Source of the DNA: Fistulifera solaris
Taxonomy: Eukaryota
Reading direction: 5' to 3'
Assembly (NCBI GenBank): GCA_030295235.1
Contig: AP026126.1
Span: 806,001-870,000, forward strand
Length of the DNA stretch: 64,000 nt
In this document: in pieces, positions 24,401 to 37,195 of the stretch
How positions within the stretch are numbered: position 1 is the first letter of the stretch
Layout of the letters: each line of letters starts with the position of its first letter
Program-made: the position numbers and the translations under genes
Notes under the pieces: generated by a model
What the model was told of the DNA's origin: nothing
Database searches by the model: none
The model's input: the letters and a program-made list of their open reading frames with translations, nothing else

Positions 24401-27400
24401 GATCTATCCGATTTTTCGTTCAACCGGGGTGCGATACAGCGAAACAGAAGCGCCGAACAATTCTGCGGAGAGCTCAAATTTTGTCGATGCCGATATTGTT
24501 GAGAAATTCACGCATGAAGTAATCTATCGGAAAGGCTCTCCCATCAGCTGTGGTGATAGGTTGAAAGTTGAGCTTTTGAAGCTGCTCAACGTTTTCATCA
24601 ACCAGTACCCCCACTTTGTCGAACCTTATCGTGATGATGTCTTTCAATTTTGCTGGCCCCTAGTGAAAAGCGAAGATGCTGCATGCAAGGGATGGGCGCA
24701 CCTTGTCGTTGCTTGTTTTGTCAAGACGTTCGCCACTCCAGTGAAGGTTGTCACCAAATCATATGAATCGTTGCTTCGATCTCATCAGCAAGAAGGGAAG
24801 GATTTGATCAAAAACGCGCTAGATGTGCTGGTCCCCTGTCTTCCGAAAAGATTACCAGAGAAGGATTTGAAAAATGCCATCGAGCAAACTTGTCAGTTGT
24901 TGCTTGAGGAGGGAAATTCAACCCCTCAGTTGGCACACATATGTCAGACAATCGTGAGCAGTCCCAACACTTTTTTTCCATGTCGAGCGCGAATTGTTGG
25001 TTACCTGATAAGCTCGCTTCATCGTCTTGGACTCCCACAAAACACATCTTTAGAATGTCGTTCGCTGGTTGTTGACCTTGTGTGTCTGTTGCTTAGTTGG
25101 AATGAAAAGCAAAAAGCTGAAATTGGTGGTGAAATTTTGACTAGGGATCAAGGAGAAAGTCTTGCTAATTTTCTCGTTCGTTTGAGGCTCTTGATTGCAG
25201 AGCCACCGGATCCAAGGCATAAATTTGAAGCCACCGGATCTCCCAAGTTGGAACGAAAGGCGAACGAAGTAATTGAGCGCCTGCTGGAACTTTGGACAGT
25301 GTCCCTTCTGCCGACACCATTTGAGAAGGCTATTGTAAAGGACCAGGCTTCTGATAGTCAAACAATAGCATGTCTTCAATTGCTGACAGTCATTGCTTCA
25401 ACTGGCCACCACATTTTCTTCAGAGATAATCAGTCCCTGGTGAGAGATTTGTTACGGACATCGTTCTTCAAAGCCAAAGAAAGCGAAAATGTTCAGGAAA
25501 CGTTGAAGGCTTTCCTCGAGAGGGGAAAGACGAACGTAATCGTCGGAACAGACGTCGTGACCATACTGGATTCTTTCATTTCAGATATTGTCCATGAACA
25601 ACGAAAGAAACGTCGCGCATCTGATCAGGAACAGGGCTCGACGTCGAAAAGTCGCGATCGCCAAGGAAGTGACGATGGCTTGGTGAATTCCTTTGCTATA
25701 TTCGTCTTGCAGATGATCTCCTTATTTTGCTTGAACAAGAAGCATCTTCTCCAGGTTGTCTTAAGATCCTTGGTGTCGTTTGGCGGTATTTTGACTAAAT
25801 CTCATCTTTCAGACGCCGCAGCAAAGCAAAGACAAGGGTCTCCAAATAGTCCGCATATATTATCCCCTGGAAGACAATCTCACACACCCACGTCCGGAAT
25901 TCTCGGCGAAGCCTTTAGAGTAGATTCTAGGAATTCGCCCAAACTGAATCCTATCAAGTCGAAGTTCGCAAAGGACAATGAAGCTAGTGCAAGTCAAGTG
26001 GCTTTAGTAGAGATATTGTCCTTACTCGAAACAAGCGAAATCAATCTCGCGTTCACTACCACTCGGAAAGCTTTGTTTCAGATGATATGCAACTTGCTGG
26101 ACTCGAGCGATTCTACTCAGGTCTTGCTCATTACGGCACGAATTTCTGGAAAATGGATAATAGGGAATGACGATGGGGTGCCCCTTACGACAAAAAGAAC
26201 GACTTTGTTTACTAGGCAAGATTGCGACTCTGGACTCTACTGCTATCTCCAGTGACCTCGAAGCCCAACCGTTAAATGATTTCGTTAGCATTTTCATCGA
26301 AAAGTACAGCGATTCCCTCAAAGTGACCGACCAACTTGACATGGGAAAATTTCATGTTGTATCCTTGCTTCATTCGAATGTGGAAGTCCGTGATAGAACA
26401 TGGAAGTGGCTATCAGGGGGGAAGCCCATTACTATTGCCCACTTCTGTGAGATTTTGCACGTGAACCTGGAGGCACTTGGTGGTCGTTTCTGGATCACAG
26501 TTCTTGTTGACGTTCTACTCATGTCTTCCTCTGATGATGGTTCTGGTCTACTTCAATCACTGCGCACTCTGGCCCATGCTGATCCCACCCTGAGTTTACA
26601 ACTATTCACGTCTCTTCTCCAGGCTGTTTGGCAGCACATGCCAACTGATTCGTTGCGGGTAAAAATTACCGCCAGTCTTGAATTGCTTCTCTCACGTCCT
26701 TATCATGCGCAAGCTCTCGGTAGTGAGGAAACAGAGGACGACAGTCGTTGTTCAAACGCCGTCCGTGCTCTAGTTAATGCTCTTTACTCCTTCAACCAGC
26801 TCCTTTGATTGATATGACAGTGCTCGTCGCTGTGGCGGAGTCATATAATTCTTGGCGAGAAGTCCTCTCTATTCTTGAGATTTACTACGTCGGCCTTCAG
26901 GGGCACCCTCTTGGAGCGGATTGTCTTCATGCAATGAGAGCTTGTCTTCAACGATTAGAAGAAGATAGTATGTGGATGGGGATATCTGCACTCTCTTGCA
27001 AATTACCACAGACTCGTCGTGTACTTTCAAAAGAAGTGTACGGAATGGTGAATGAGGCAATTGCAGGCTACGCTGGTTTGATGGAGCTTGTTCAGGACGA
27101 AAATTCGCCGGTGGAGGTGGATGATTTTGAAATGAGTCTTTGGGAAGATCGTTGGATTGGACTTCAAAAGGATACATGCCAGTTAGATTTAGTCTCAGAG
27201 TATGCCACTGAAACGGGGAATCCACATTTAATGTTGGAATGCTCATGGAAAACTCGCAACTGGGCCAAAGTGCGTTCTTTGTGCTCATCTCCAAATCTAC
27301 TATCAAGCGTTGAAGCAGGTGACCCGCTTATCAAGTTGAGCGAAACGCTCTTAGCTGTCGCCGATGGAAAGCTTAGCGATGTAGAAAACTTGCACGCACA

Positions 27401-30400
27401 GACTGCTCAGCTTTGCCTTCACAAATGGCAACTCTTGCCCAAGTTGTCGAGTGGCAGTGCATCACATGCATCTACGTTACATTTCTTCCACCGCCTTGTT
27501 GAAATCAGAGAGTCGGGTCAAATAATGGTCGAAACCAACAATCATTCGAGTGCAAAAACACTTCCAGATCTGAAGAATCTTCTTAACGCTTGGCGCCATC
27601 GTCTACCCTGCGAGTCAGACAAATTATCCGCCTGGGATGATGTTTGTGCATGGAGGGAGCACATGTTTTCGGCCGTAACGTCTAACTTCCACTGGTCAGA
27701 GCCCAACACTCTTGCAACCTTGCACGATCGTCCTTGGACAATCATTAGAATGGCTAAAACGGCCAGAAAACAAGGGATGCGAGATGTGTCATTGCACTTC
27801 CCTCAACAAGGCATCTGAAGAGCGTTCGATGAACGTTTCAGACGCTTTCCTGAAACTAAGGGAGCAGATTCTTGCTTATTTTAACCCGGATTCCGAGCTT
27901 GAACGACATGGAGGCTTGAACCTAATAAATTCCACAAACCTTTCATTTTTCGACCAGACGCAAAAAAGCGAACTGTTTCGACTCAAAGCGCAATTTCTCT
28001 CTTCGCTGGGTTCTAGATCGAAAGCTAATCAGGCATATTGTCATTCTGTAGAAATTTGTCCAACTCATGCCCGAGCATGGAACAGTTGGGGCGAATTGTG
28101 TTCCTCATTGGGAGCAGTTGCTGAAAAGCAAGCCGAACAAGGAAGCGTTACAGGTAGCACAGAAGACAATGTGTCTCAAGACAAATCGATCGCAGCAAAA
28201 AGGTTGCTCAGTACTTGGCGCAAGCAATGGGTTGTTATCTCGAAGCTGTTCGTATCGATGGCAACGAATGGGCCAGGGTTCATCTCCCTAAGTGCCTATG
28301 GATCCTAAGCAAAGATTCGACTTCCAGTAACATTTTAAGTCAGACTTTGGAAGACCGCGGCAAATTGATACCTGCTTGGGTATGGTTACCATGGGTGCCT
28401 CAATTATTAACGTGTTTCTACAGACCAGAAGGACAAGCAGTGAAAACTATTTTTTCTGATCTTGTCCGTTGCTACCCTCAGGCTGTATATTATCCTCTTC
28501 GCTCTTTTTATCTCGAGCGTAGGGACGTGGAAAGAGGAAGAAGTTCCAATGCACAGGAGTCCCAACAAATGGGTTCAGTCGGATTAGCGGAGGTAATGAT
28601 GTCTCTCTTACGAAGATCTCACGCTTCTTTGTGGAGCACACTTGAGTCAGTCCTAGAAGAGCTGATTGTGAAGTTTCGGCCTTCTTATGAAGAAGAACTT
28701 CTATCAACGCTCGTCGCGTTGCTCGAGAGGGCGGAAGCTCAAGTAGGCACTGTCGGCAAAAACTGCGACGAAGAAGGTGTTATCGTCCCTGTATGGAAGA
28801 CTTTGGGCCGCATCGCTGTGAAGTTTTTCCGTCCTGTGGATGAAGGTTCTGCGAAGAGAGACGAAAGAGCACGAAAAACTACTCAATTCAAGGCAGCATA
28901 CAAGGACCAGTTCGAACGAGACTTCGATGTCAAATCGGAGGGTGATGCAGCCCTTGTGACGGAAGGCCAACCTAGTTTCTCGCTTGAAGAGCTACTCGAG
29001 AAACTGAGTGCTTGGAAGGAAAAGCTTGAAAAGTATGTCCTTTCTATGCCTAAATCGATGTCCCTAATAGAAACATCACCCTCGCTAGCAATATTTGGAG
29101 TTGGAGATTCGCCAGATTTATGGCCTGGCTCCTGCGACCCTCTGTCTCAAGGAATGAAAGGTGAACGAGACTTTCTGTCTGACGACGATGCGACGTCTTC
29201 GACATCAATCACATCAACATCATCGTCAGCAGCTGCTGCACAAAAAGCAAGCTACATTTCGTCCAAGGCTGCTGCCGCAGAAGCAATGAGAGAAGGAGTG
29301 GGCGGGTATTACGGTGGCGGATCTTCACGCATTGAGGTTCCTGGTCAATACGCTCCAAATTCGTCTTTTTGGGCTGATAGTAGACCTTCTCCAGAACTCC
29401 ACGCAAAGATGATAAAAATTGAGCAATCTGTAGAAGTGTTGCGCCGGAACGACCAGTTAGTGAGACGAATTGGAATTGTTGCCAGCAATGGAAAGACTTA
29501 CAGATTTCTACTTCAGTTTGCAGTTCCATACTGGACAAGGACTGATGAGCGTACCGCCCAAGTTCATTACCTACTGGACAAAGTCATTCGAAAAGATATC
29601 AGAAGCGTTCGTGCCAACTTGTCGGTCCAGCCTCAGGCAGTCATCCCAGTCGCCCAGCGACTACGGTTGATTTGCGAGCCAGAAGATAGAGTTTCGCTTG
29701 ATGAGATTTATCGTCAGCACTGCGCGAAAATAGACATAGACCCCCCGGCTTTGTGTCAAGTACACACAAAACAAATCAAAACTTTACTCATGGAAATAGC
29801 TCAAGCCAACAATGAGGACAAAAAGATTGTGCTATAGCTGAGGAGGAAGGCAAGCTACGAATTTTTGATGAAATTGTTTCATGGAAGGGTGCCGAATCAA
29901 ACATAATTTCATGTTACCTCCAGTCAACAATGAAATGCTCGGAATCAGTTTTCCAGTTCCGACGAAGCTTTGCGCAGCAGTGGGCAATTAACTGCTTGCT
30001 TCAATTTGTCTTTTCCATCTCTGATCGCTCCCCGACACGCGTAGTTTTTGTTGCGTCAAGTGGAAGAGTCCTTGCACCTGATTTCAGGGTCTCTTACAGC
30101 AGTCAAGGATTCATGGAAACGCCACGAGTTCCTTTCAGACTTACATCAAACCTTTTTGATACGATTGGGGTGACTTTTCTGGAGTCGACGTTTATCACTT
30201 CAATTTGTCGAGTTGCCGCAGCCGTGCGTAGTAGACGGCATGATATCGACCCGACTTTGCGCCTGTTAATGAGAGATGACCTCGTGACTTTCTATACGAA
30301 ATCCATGGCCAAGTCAGACTCGCAAACACAAGAAATGGAAAAGCAGCTTGGTGATCGCGTCTCTCGTAATGTTGCTAACCTTCATTCGAAATTCTCGGAA

Positions 30401-30553
30401 TGCTGTCCGACCCACGGCATTGCAAGCAGCGGCAACAGTGACGACAAAGAGCCTGATGATACAGTCGATGAAAGAGTTCGTCGTCTCTTAGCTTCAGCCC
30501 GTAGCCATTCGAATCTTTCTCAAATGCCGACTAGCTTCCAAGGCTGGCTGTAA
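18451..30553 (+). CDS. TRRAP: TRRAP/Tra1 PIKK-family pseudokinase (SAGA/NuA4 scaffold)
   Basis: Tra1-type motifs SFRVLTECPL, KTLSFLTYLLR, RKELLVATRH, ELCLTIPARLSSLLPHL, LRTLEFWIDNL and WLPWVPQLL; degenerate kinase (DRSPTR, PDFR, VPFRLT); FATC end MPTSFQGWL*. Introns ~21059-21138, 21482-21542, 22460-22531 and 23074-23140; many frameshifts. Confidence 0.95.
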
Positions 30554-30685
30554 GAATCATGCGTATGTACACTGTAAAAATAGGAAACAATCAGAGTAAT
30601 TAGATTATGAACAACATTAGCTTCAATCAAATGGCCTTGCTTTTGCGAAATATTTACCACAGTAAAAAAGACTTTGAAGTGAGTA

Positions 30686-30770
30686 CAGGAAACGGCGTTA
30701 AAATTCTGCCTTGTCGTGGACGCTACGTAGAATCTTCTACTGGGAGGCAGAATTTTAACGTCCTTCCCAG
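30686..30770. mobile_element. 85-bp hairpin/MITE-like element, copy 1
   Basis: Perfect 16-bp inverted repeat CGTTAAAATTCTGCCT (30696-30711) / AGGCAGAATTTTAACG (30745-30760). A near-identical inverted copy lies at 33457..33541. Confidence 0.75.
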
Positions 30771-30958
30771 ATACTGGAAATCCTTGAACTTGCTACCAGG
30801 TACAGTTGAATCCAAGCGTATCCTTCAGATTGATTCCTACCAGTACAGCATTCTCAATTCCAAGCTCGACTGACTTGGGTTCTTGGTTCTTGCATATGCA
30901 CTCTGTCATTCTAAGATACAACTAACCACAAACCTTAGATCGTGCAAAGTTAAACTAC

Positions 30959-33301
30959 CTAATTGACCCACGTTTTGTGAGACATGACGATTTCGTCACC
31001 AGCGTTGATGTCCTTTGAAGCTACCAAGAAGAGGTCAAAACTCATACGATGGCGCTCATACACAGGAGAGAACTTCGGACGTTTTCCTTCAGGATGAGGA
31101 GGAAGCCAACGCACAATATTGACATCGCCTTCATTCTCCGAACGGCGAACAAAAACACTACCGCCAACTTCAACGTAATGCTGGTTACTGCCCGAAGCCC
31201 CGCTTTCGTGTGCATACTCTTCGAAGAACGCCAACAAGTCAGAGATAACTGAAACATTATCGCCACCGGCTTCCACATTCCCTTTGAGTCCTTCAAAATT
31301 ACGAGAATTAATCATGAGGGAGCTAGCCATGTCCTCCGAAAGGATGAAAGATCCCTTGGGAATGTCAACTGTGGCAAAAAGCTTTGATACTGCTTCTCCT
31401 TTTTCGTCTGTTTCTATCGAAACTCTTAAAGAGCTCTGCTTTTCATCATCGAGATCCAGTTCAAACAGACCAGAATTTCTATCCATCGTACGGTAAGCAC
31501 ATTCAAAAGGCATTGGTTCGCGTCGACAATAAACAGTTTCCCAGCCTTTCTTCGGCCACTGATAGGAGCGCTGTGTAGTGCCATCGTAGAAAGTGAGAGC
31601 TCTCTTCTTGGAATGAGTTCGCACGATGCGCTCGTAAATCTGGAAGTCAACCTGGTCGCTGCGCGCATACCAACGGCTACGACAATTAGCGCTTTTACAC
31701 GCAATCAAAAAAGGCATGGGGTTCCATAAAACCACAGTGAGCTTCTTCGTACACAAACATCGCCTCGATAGTCGGATTCGCTTCAATTAGCTTAAAGAGG
31801 AACTCCCGCTGCTTGTACAACCCGAAATCAGGACGTGGATCGTCAATGCTTGCCGCGGTACCAATTTGGATGACCAAGATACCCTCCTCAGACAAGCTGT
31901 TGATGAGTGCGTCCACAAAACTCTCGTCGCTATAAAGCTGGTTTGAAATTTCGCTTCCATCCTCTGGGTCGAGTGCGTCCAAGATAATGATATCCAACTC
32001 TTTGTACTGAGGCACAACCGAGGACGAAGCCCCGTATTGATCAACGAACCACTGGCGACCATCTGTAAATTTGAGATCTGCAAGTTTATCATCAAAGCAA
32101 TTGTCGGCACGTCCAAACAAGTCGGAACAGTCTGACATGCTGGCAAGGTGCTCCCGCACGATAGGAATAAGTTCTTCGTCAATTTCGAGCATGATGGCTG
32201 CTTCAACTGTTTTATGCTTCAAGACTTCTCGAAGAGTCGCTCCTTCGCCTCCTCCCAAAATCACGACATTCTTGGGATTAGGGTGGGCGAACATTGCTGG
32301 GTGAACTAGTGCTTCATGATAGACGTGTTCGGATGAATAGACAGACTGGATGGTACCATCCAAAAAGAGCAAACGATCAGGAGTAGAGTATTCCGGACTA
32401 TTCAGCCGAGTGTCTCCCGGAGTCATATTGTATTTGATTACATCTTCATAAGAAGGTGTATCAACGAGCTGCATGCGAAGGGAAATGTGAGCAACGTATT
32501 TGAAGAGAAGGCGAGTTCTCGATTAGCGTACGAAGAAACGATATTTCTCACCTCGACAAGGTCCCAAATGTCAACTTGCTGAAACTTTGTTCGACCACTA
32601 TAGACTCGCTTCTTGGAGTACATTTCCAAAGGACTTAGGACCCAAAGACTCAAGTCCGAAGAATCAGCTAGATAGTTCTTTTGACCTCCTCTTCCGGACG
32701 AAATCCTCTCAATTCATGACTCCATTGCGTGTGGATCTTTTGATCAGGATTCTTAGTGTTTGGGATACCAAAGAGTCGTTCAATCGTCTCAACGGCAGGA
32801 AGAAGGGGCTTCGAACCGCAAGTAAAGAGGTCAAGCGTAATGACACCCTCGGCGGGCCAGGTGTGGAAAGAAATGTGCGACTCCAGAAGCACGCCCACGC
32901 AAGAGACACCAGAGGGAACAAGAGCGTGACAGTGATAAGACAGCATATGAAGGCCGGATTCCTTTACTGTGTCAACCATCGCTTTCGAAAGACGTTCCTC
33001 TGAGTTGAGGGAAATCTTCGTCGACATATTCAATGTCAACTAACAAATGCTGACCAGCGGGCAGATGTTTTTCCTCAACGCTTGCAATATCCTCTTCCGA
33101 AATCTTGAAGAATTCGTCTCTCACACTCGGGGAAGAAGGCGATGAGTAAATGAGAGTACTCCTCATGTTGTCGTCCAAGATTGGAACGGGCGCGAGGCTC
33201 ACACCGAGAATGAACGATGCCGCCATAGCACACGTGATCGCAACAAGGAAGACACGTATGTCAACCCGATAAAGACGTCTTTGATCATCCGCAGTCGCCA
33301 T
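30959..33301 (-). CDS. Fusion protein: N-terminal membrane anchor + S-adenosylmethionine decarboxylase + aminopropyltransferase (spermidine-synthase-like) + SET-like domain
   Basis: GQHLLVDI and GVLLESHISFHTWP (SAMDC pyruvoyl cleavage site E-SH); LDGTIQ, YHEALVHPAM, GGGEGATLREVLKH, LEID, ILDALDP; LFATVDIPKGSFI...VASKDINAGDEI. Intron 32469-32551; frameshifts near 33010, 32680 and 31710. Confidence 0.9.
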
Positions 33302-33456
33302 AGTCGATAGTTTGAATAAAAGACAAGCCCTCTATGACGATTGATTACCAAATATTAGATACGGAGGTAAGAAAGAGATGGGCGCAGATATTATCTCGAA
33401 GCGTTGAATGCTGGCGGATCCTCGCACGACGTTGCGAAAAGTTGCGAATTAATATA

Positions 33457-33541
33457 CTGGAAGGAACGTTAAAATTCTGCCTCCCAGTACAAGATTCTAC
33501 GTAGCGTCTACCGCGAGGCAGAATTTTAACGCCGTTCCCTG
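33457..33541. mobile_element. 85-bp hairpin/MITE-like element, copy 2 (inverted relative to copy 1)
   Basis: Same 16-bp inverted repeat at 33467-33482 / 33516-33531. The reverse complement aligns with 30686..30770 with only a few substitutions. Confidence 0.75.
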
Positions 33542-34105
33542 GTGCCTGAGGATTGCGGATGCGAAGCTGGTCCGGATGATGTCGGATCGTACTATCAAGA
33601 GGAGCCCGGCAATTTCTGTCGGTTGGACGTTGGACGACGTTCATCTCCTATAAAATATACTCCGAGCTCCGAGAGTAATGTTATTAACAGGATTTTTTAG
33701 CGGAACAATTTCAGTTTTTCCTTTTACTCTCCAGTTTCTGAGAGTTCGACTATGAGAGTGCACGTGCTCACAGGCAGTATCGGTGAAGCAGTACCTCTAA
33801 AAGATGAGTTTTACCCGCTATACTCGCTGCTATATTATGCGTCGTATGCGACCTTTTATTGTTGCTTGCTTAATGTGTTCGATACCGGTCTCCGCCAAAA
33901 CATTTAAACGTTGAAACACACACGCGCGTTTTTCTCTTCGAGATGCAGACGATGGACCATGGAGCACGGACGAAACGACCAATGTCTCTATACCAGGTAA
34001 TTGCATATTTCTTCCTACCACCAGGCTTCTAGTAGTCAGGATCACAATATCTGTCGTCCAACTGTCGCTTCTCAGTGTCTTTGATTGACTTGACTACCTT
34101 CAACG

Positions 34106-34820
34106 ATGTCTATTTTTGAGGACATGAAAGGACGAGCGAGGCTGATGTTCAGTCTCGAGTCTCGAGGAGATAGTGAAGCGGAAGAACAAAAACAAGTGGA
34201 TCGGTTGGAGGAAATATCAGAGTACTGCCCTCAGCTCACGTTTCAACAGAGATTAATCGGTTTTGCTGTAAGCTTCTCCCTTGGCTGTAAGTACATCCAC
34301 CTCGTTCAAATGACATTAATATTTGTCACCAAGTGGACTCTCCCTCACACCAATGACTCAATCCCTTAACGCCTCGCGCTTTCTACACAGATATGATTGC
34401 ATTTTTCTCCTTCAGTTTTTTCATCGATTTGGTGGAAGGCAATCCAATACCGTTTGCTTGTAATTATACGGTGGGTCATATACTGCAGCTTCTGGCATCG
34501 ACCTTCCTTTGTGGTCCCAAGCGACAATTTAAAAACATGTTTGACGAAAAAGGAGACCGACATCTATGGTGTACTTAGGATGTCTCGCATCAACCCTTGT
34601 GGTAGTATTCATTCCATTACCGGCGCTTTTGAAGTTAATTGTGCTGCTCATGCTGATGATAACACAATTCTGCGCGTCGAGCTGGTACAGTCTTTCTTAC
34701 ATACCTTTTGGAAGAAAAACTGCCCTCAGAATATTGCGGAAAATGCTTGGAATAGAAGAAGGCAACTCTTCAACAACCTACAGTAACTTATTTGGAGGAG
34801 GAAGTCAAGAGATTTTATAG
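34106..34820 (+). CDS. SFT2: Vesicle transport protein, SFT2/Got1 family
   Basis: CPQLTFQQRLIGF, YTVGHILQLLASTFLCGPKRQFKNMFDEK, QFCASSWYSLSYIPFGR. Intron 34287-34390; frameshift near 34550. Confidence 0.9.
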
Positions 34821-35512
34821 ACAATCGCTAGTCAGCTGAAGGGCGTGTGACTACTAAAGATAACCATTCAATTCAATCATCAATTAGCGTTTCCGATTAA
34901 AACTGGCTAGTTATGTTCATTCGGTTTCGTCTTGAAAGCGAATTGATTCTTTCTCAGGTACAGTCATAATACGACCTAGAAAAAATGAAGTTGTTGATCT
35001 AAAGCATCAATATAGAACTTGAATTATGAATATGAACAACTACCAACCTGTAACGGAAGTTTTTTCAACAAGGAGCTTCACTTGCATTGCTCCTTTCGCT
35101 TCGTTACCAGGTACGTCGGGAATCTTCGTGTACCTTGGCCGTCCCAAGCGCTTGGAAATTTACCATAGTCCAAACTGTAGTCTGTTTTTTCGCCACGACT
35201 GACTCCTCGAGTTCAGTCATGAGACGTAATTTGCGCATTGAAGATACTTCCTCTGATTTCTAAAAGCGCAGATGTCGCAGTCACATCGTCGTATTCTTCT
35301 AATGCACTTGACAGTCGAGTTTTCGGGAAGCTAAGATTCAAGAAGGAGAAAACATACAACGGTACCTTGAACAGCCCCCAGTCGTCGAATGGAAGCCCTA
35401 GTTAGAGTCCGTGTCTTGGGTCTCGCATCCAAGACAATGGCTTATAAGCCCTAAGATATAGACTAGCGGAGCAACATTATGATAGCAAAATTTGCATAAC
35501 CACTCCATCTCA

Positions 35513-35713
35513 GGGCCATTCCTAACCAGAAGTTCCGTATTCGTATTTTCGCATTTTGCGTTCGTATCCAAGGTTTTACGGAGAATTGACAGACGATAAA
35601 TTCCCCATTATTTTTCATTTATTTCTCTCCCGTTTGGGCAAATTGGGCAAGTGTCGGAGCACGCGAAATACGAAAATACGAAATAATACGAAACTTCCGG
35701 TCAGAAATGGCCC
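35513..35713. mobile_element. ~200-bp MITE, PIF/Harbinger-like
   Basis: Imperfect TIRs GGGCCATTCCTAACCAGAAGTT...AACTTCCGGTCAGAAATGGCCC, flanked by TCA on both sides (3-bp TSD). Subterminal CGTATTTTCG/CGAAAATACG repeats; related copy at 62853. Confidence 0.8.
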
Positions 35714-36043
35714 TCAATAAAATCCTTGGAGATTCTCCGGTTCAGCCATTTCGAGAAACTACTATACTTGATTATAGTGTGTGAACTCGACCATGCTGCC
35801 TACAATACTGATATTTATTCCTAATTCCTAATTTCCTAGTGTGTGAACCCTTTTCTCATTATTTTTTGAACTATAAACGCCCGGCAGTTTTATTTGCCGT
35901 TTTATACATTCGGTAATTTGTCGGGCGAACATCATTTTCATGTCAATTACTGGTCATTTTTCACCATTGACAGCCTTTCAATCGTACTTTCCATCGCTAT
36001 TATTTGATCATTCCGTGCTACAACGACAGTTTGACGACAAACG

Positions 36044-37195
36044 ATGAGCTGCAACACTTGTACCATTTGCCTCGATTCAGTTATTGGCGTTCGACCGATC
36101 GGTGGTGCTTATCCCTGTGGACACGTCTTTCACTTAGAGTGCTGGGATGGCTGGGTAGCTTCTCAGCACTGCAGACAGGCGAAATGCGCCATGTGCAATC
36201 GTCCATCGGAGGGTTTCTCTCGACTTTATTTAGACTTTCTCGGTACCAATGACGACAACATCTCTCTCAGTTCCTGTAGCGAGGCAGATCAAGGAGAGGA
36301 AGAATCATCCGAATGCGAACGCGACGAAGCAGAAACTGACACAAATCACGAAGATAGCGCACAGCAGGATGTCATAGTCATTCACAGTGGATCGATTGAG
36401 AATGCTACTTCCATAGAAGAACCGTCAAACAGTGCTGGCTCTGCGGGCATACCGAAAGACGGGACAGATAAATACAAAAAAGTCGCCAGACAACTCAAAC
36501 AACGCAATAAATACCTAGCCGCACAGATAATAGAGAGCAACAAAGCAGTCGAAGAGACGAAACAAAGCTACGAGGCCGAATGTGATAAGCGACTGCAGTT
36601 CGAAAAAGAAATTCATTCCCTTAAGGAACAATACAAGTATGCGCATTTGGCATTATCAGGTGCTAACTTGGAAGCTGCAGCATTGAAACGACAACTTGCT
36701 GAACGAGAATCAAGCTTAGAGACTACAAAGGCTAGCTTGGATTCAATAAAAGCAACCATGGAAAAACTGCAAAAGTCCTACGACGAAAGCTTGAAAAAGG
36801 CTCGAGCAAGCAGCATGGCGGAAGTCCGACAGATGTTGATAGACTATCCAAAAGTAGTACAAGAGAACAGAGAGCTCAAAAATAGGATAAGTGCTGTGGA
36901 ATCGAAGCAAATGAGCAAGGCCCCTTCAAAAGAGAGTCACGAGAAGCCAGCGGCAAGCTGCCTGAAGAGGAAAATCGATCTATTGAAAGAACTCGATCGG
37001 AAAACATCTCACAAGGCAGCGAATAATGTGACTGATGCCAGAGCGGACCAACGAGAAGCAGAAATTCAACTCTGCCTGCAGAAATCGTCGTGTGCTACCG
37101 CACTTTCGCGGACGTTACAAGCAAAGCGCCGACGTTCCCCGCTGGATGTGTTGAACAATGGTTGCAAATCGCGACACGGTATCCCTCCACGGTGA
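36044..37195 (+). CDS. RING-finger + coiled-coil protein (TRAIP-like E3 ubiquitin ligase architecture)
   Basis: N-terminal CTICLD...PCGHVFHLECWDGW...KCAMCN RING, an acidic linker, then a long coiled coil. Confidence 0.8.
   Translation: MSCNTCTICLDSVIGVRPIGGAYPCGHVFHLECWDGWVASQHCRQAKCAMCNRPSEGFSRLYLDFLGTNDDNISLSSCSEADQGEEESSECERDEAETDTNHEDSAQQDVIVIHSGSIENATSIEEPSNSAGSAGIPKDGTDKYKKVARQLKQRNKYLAAQIIESNKAVEETKQSYEAECDKRLQFEKEIHSLKEQYKYAHLALSGANLEAAALKRQLAERESSLETTKASLDSIKATMEKLQKSYDESLKKARASSMAEVRQMLIDYPKVVQENRELKNRISAVESKQMSKAPSKESHEKPAASCLKRKIDLLKELDRKTSHKAANNVTDARADQREAEIQLCLQKSSCATALSRTLQAKRRRSPLDVLNNGCKSRHGIPPR

Noticed and set aside
29930..30553. Active PI3K/TOR/ATM-type kinase
   Set aside because: Catalytic DRHxxN and DFG motifs read DRSPTR and DFR, as expected for the TRRAP pseudokinase.
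30607..33644. ORFs 30607..30873 (+) and 33345..33644 (-) sharing GNGVKILP...GRQNFNV, appearing to be paralogous proteins
   Set aside because: The shared peptide is simply the translation of the 85-bp inverted-repeat element; the similarity does not extend beyond it.
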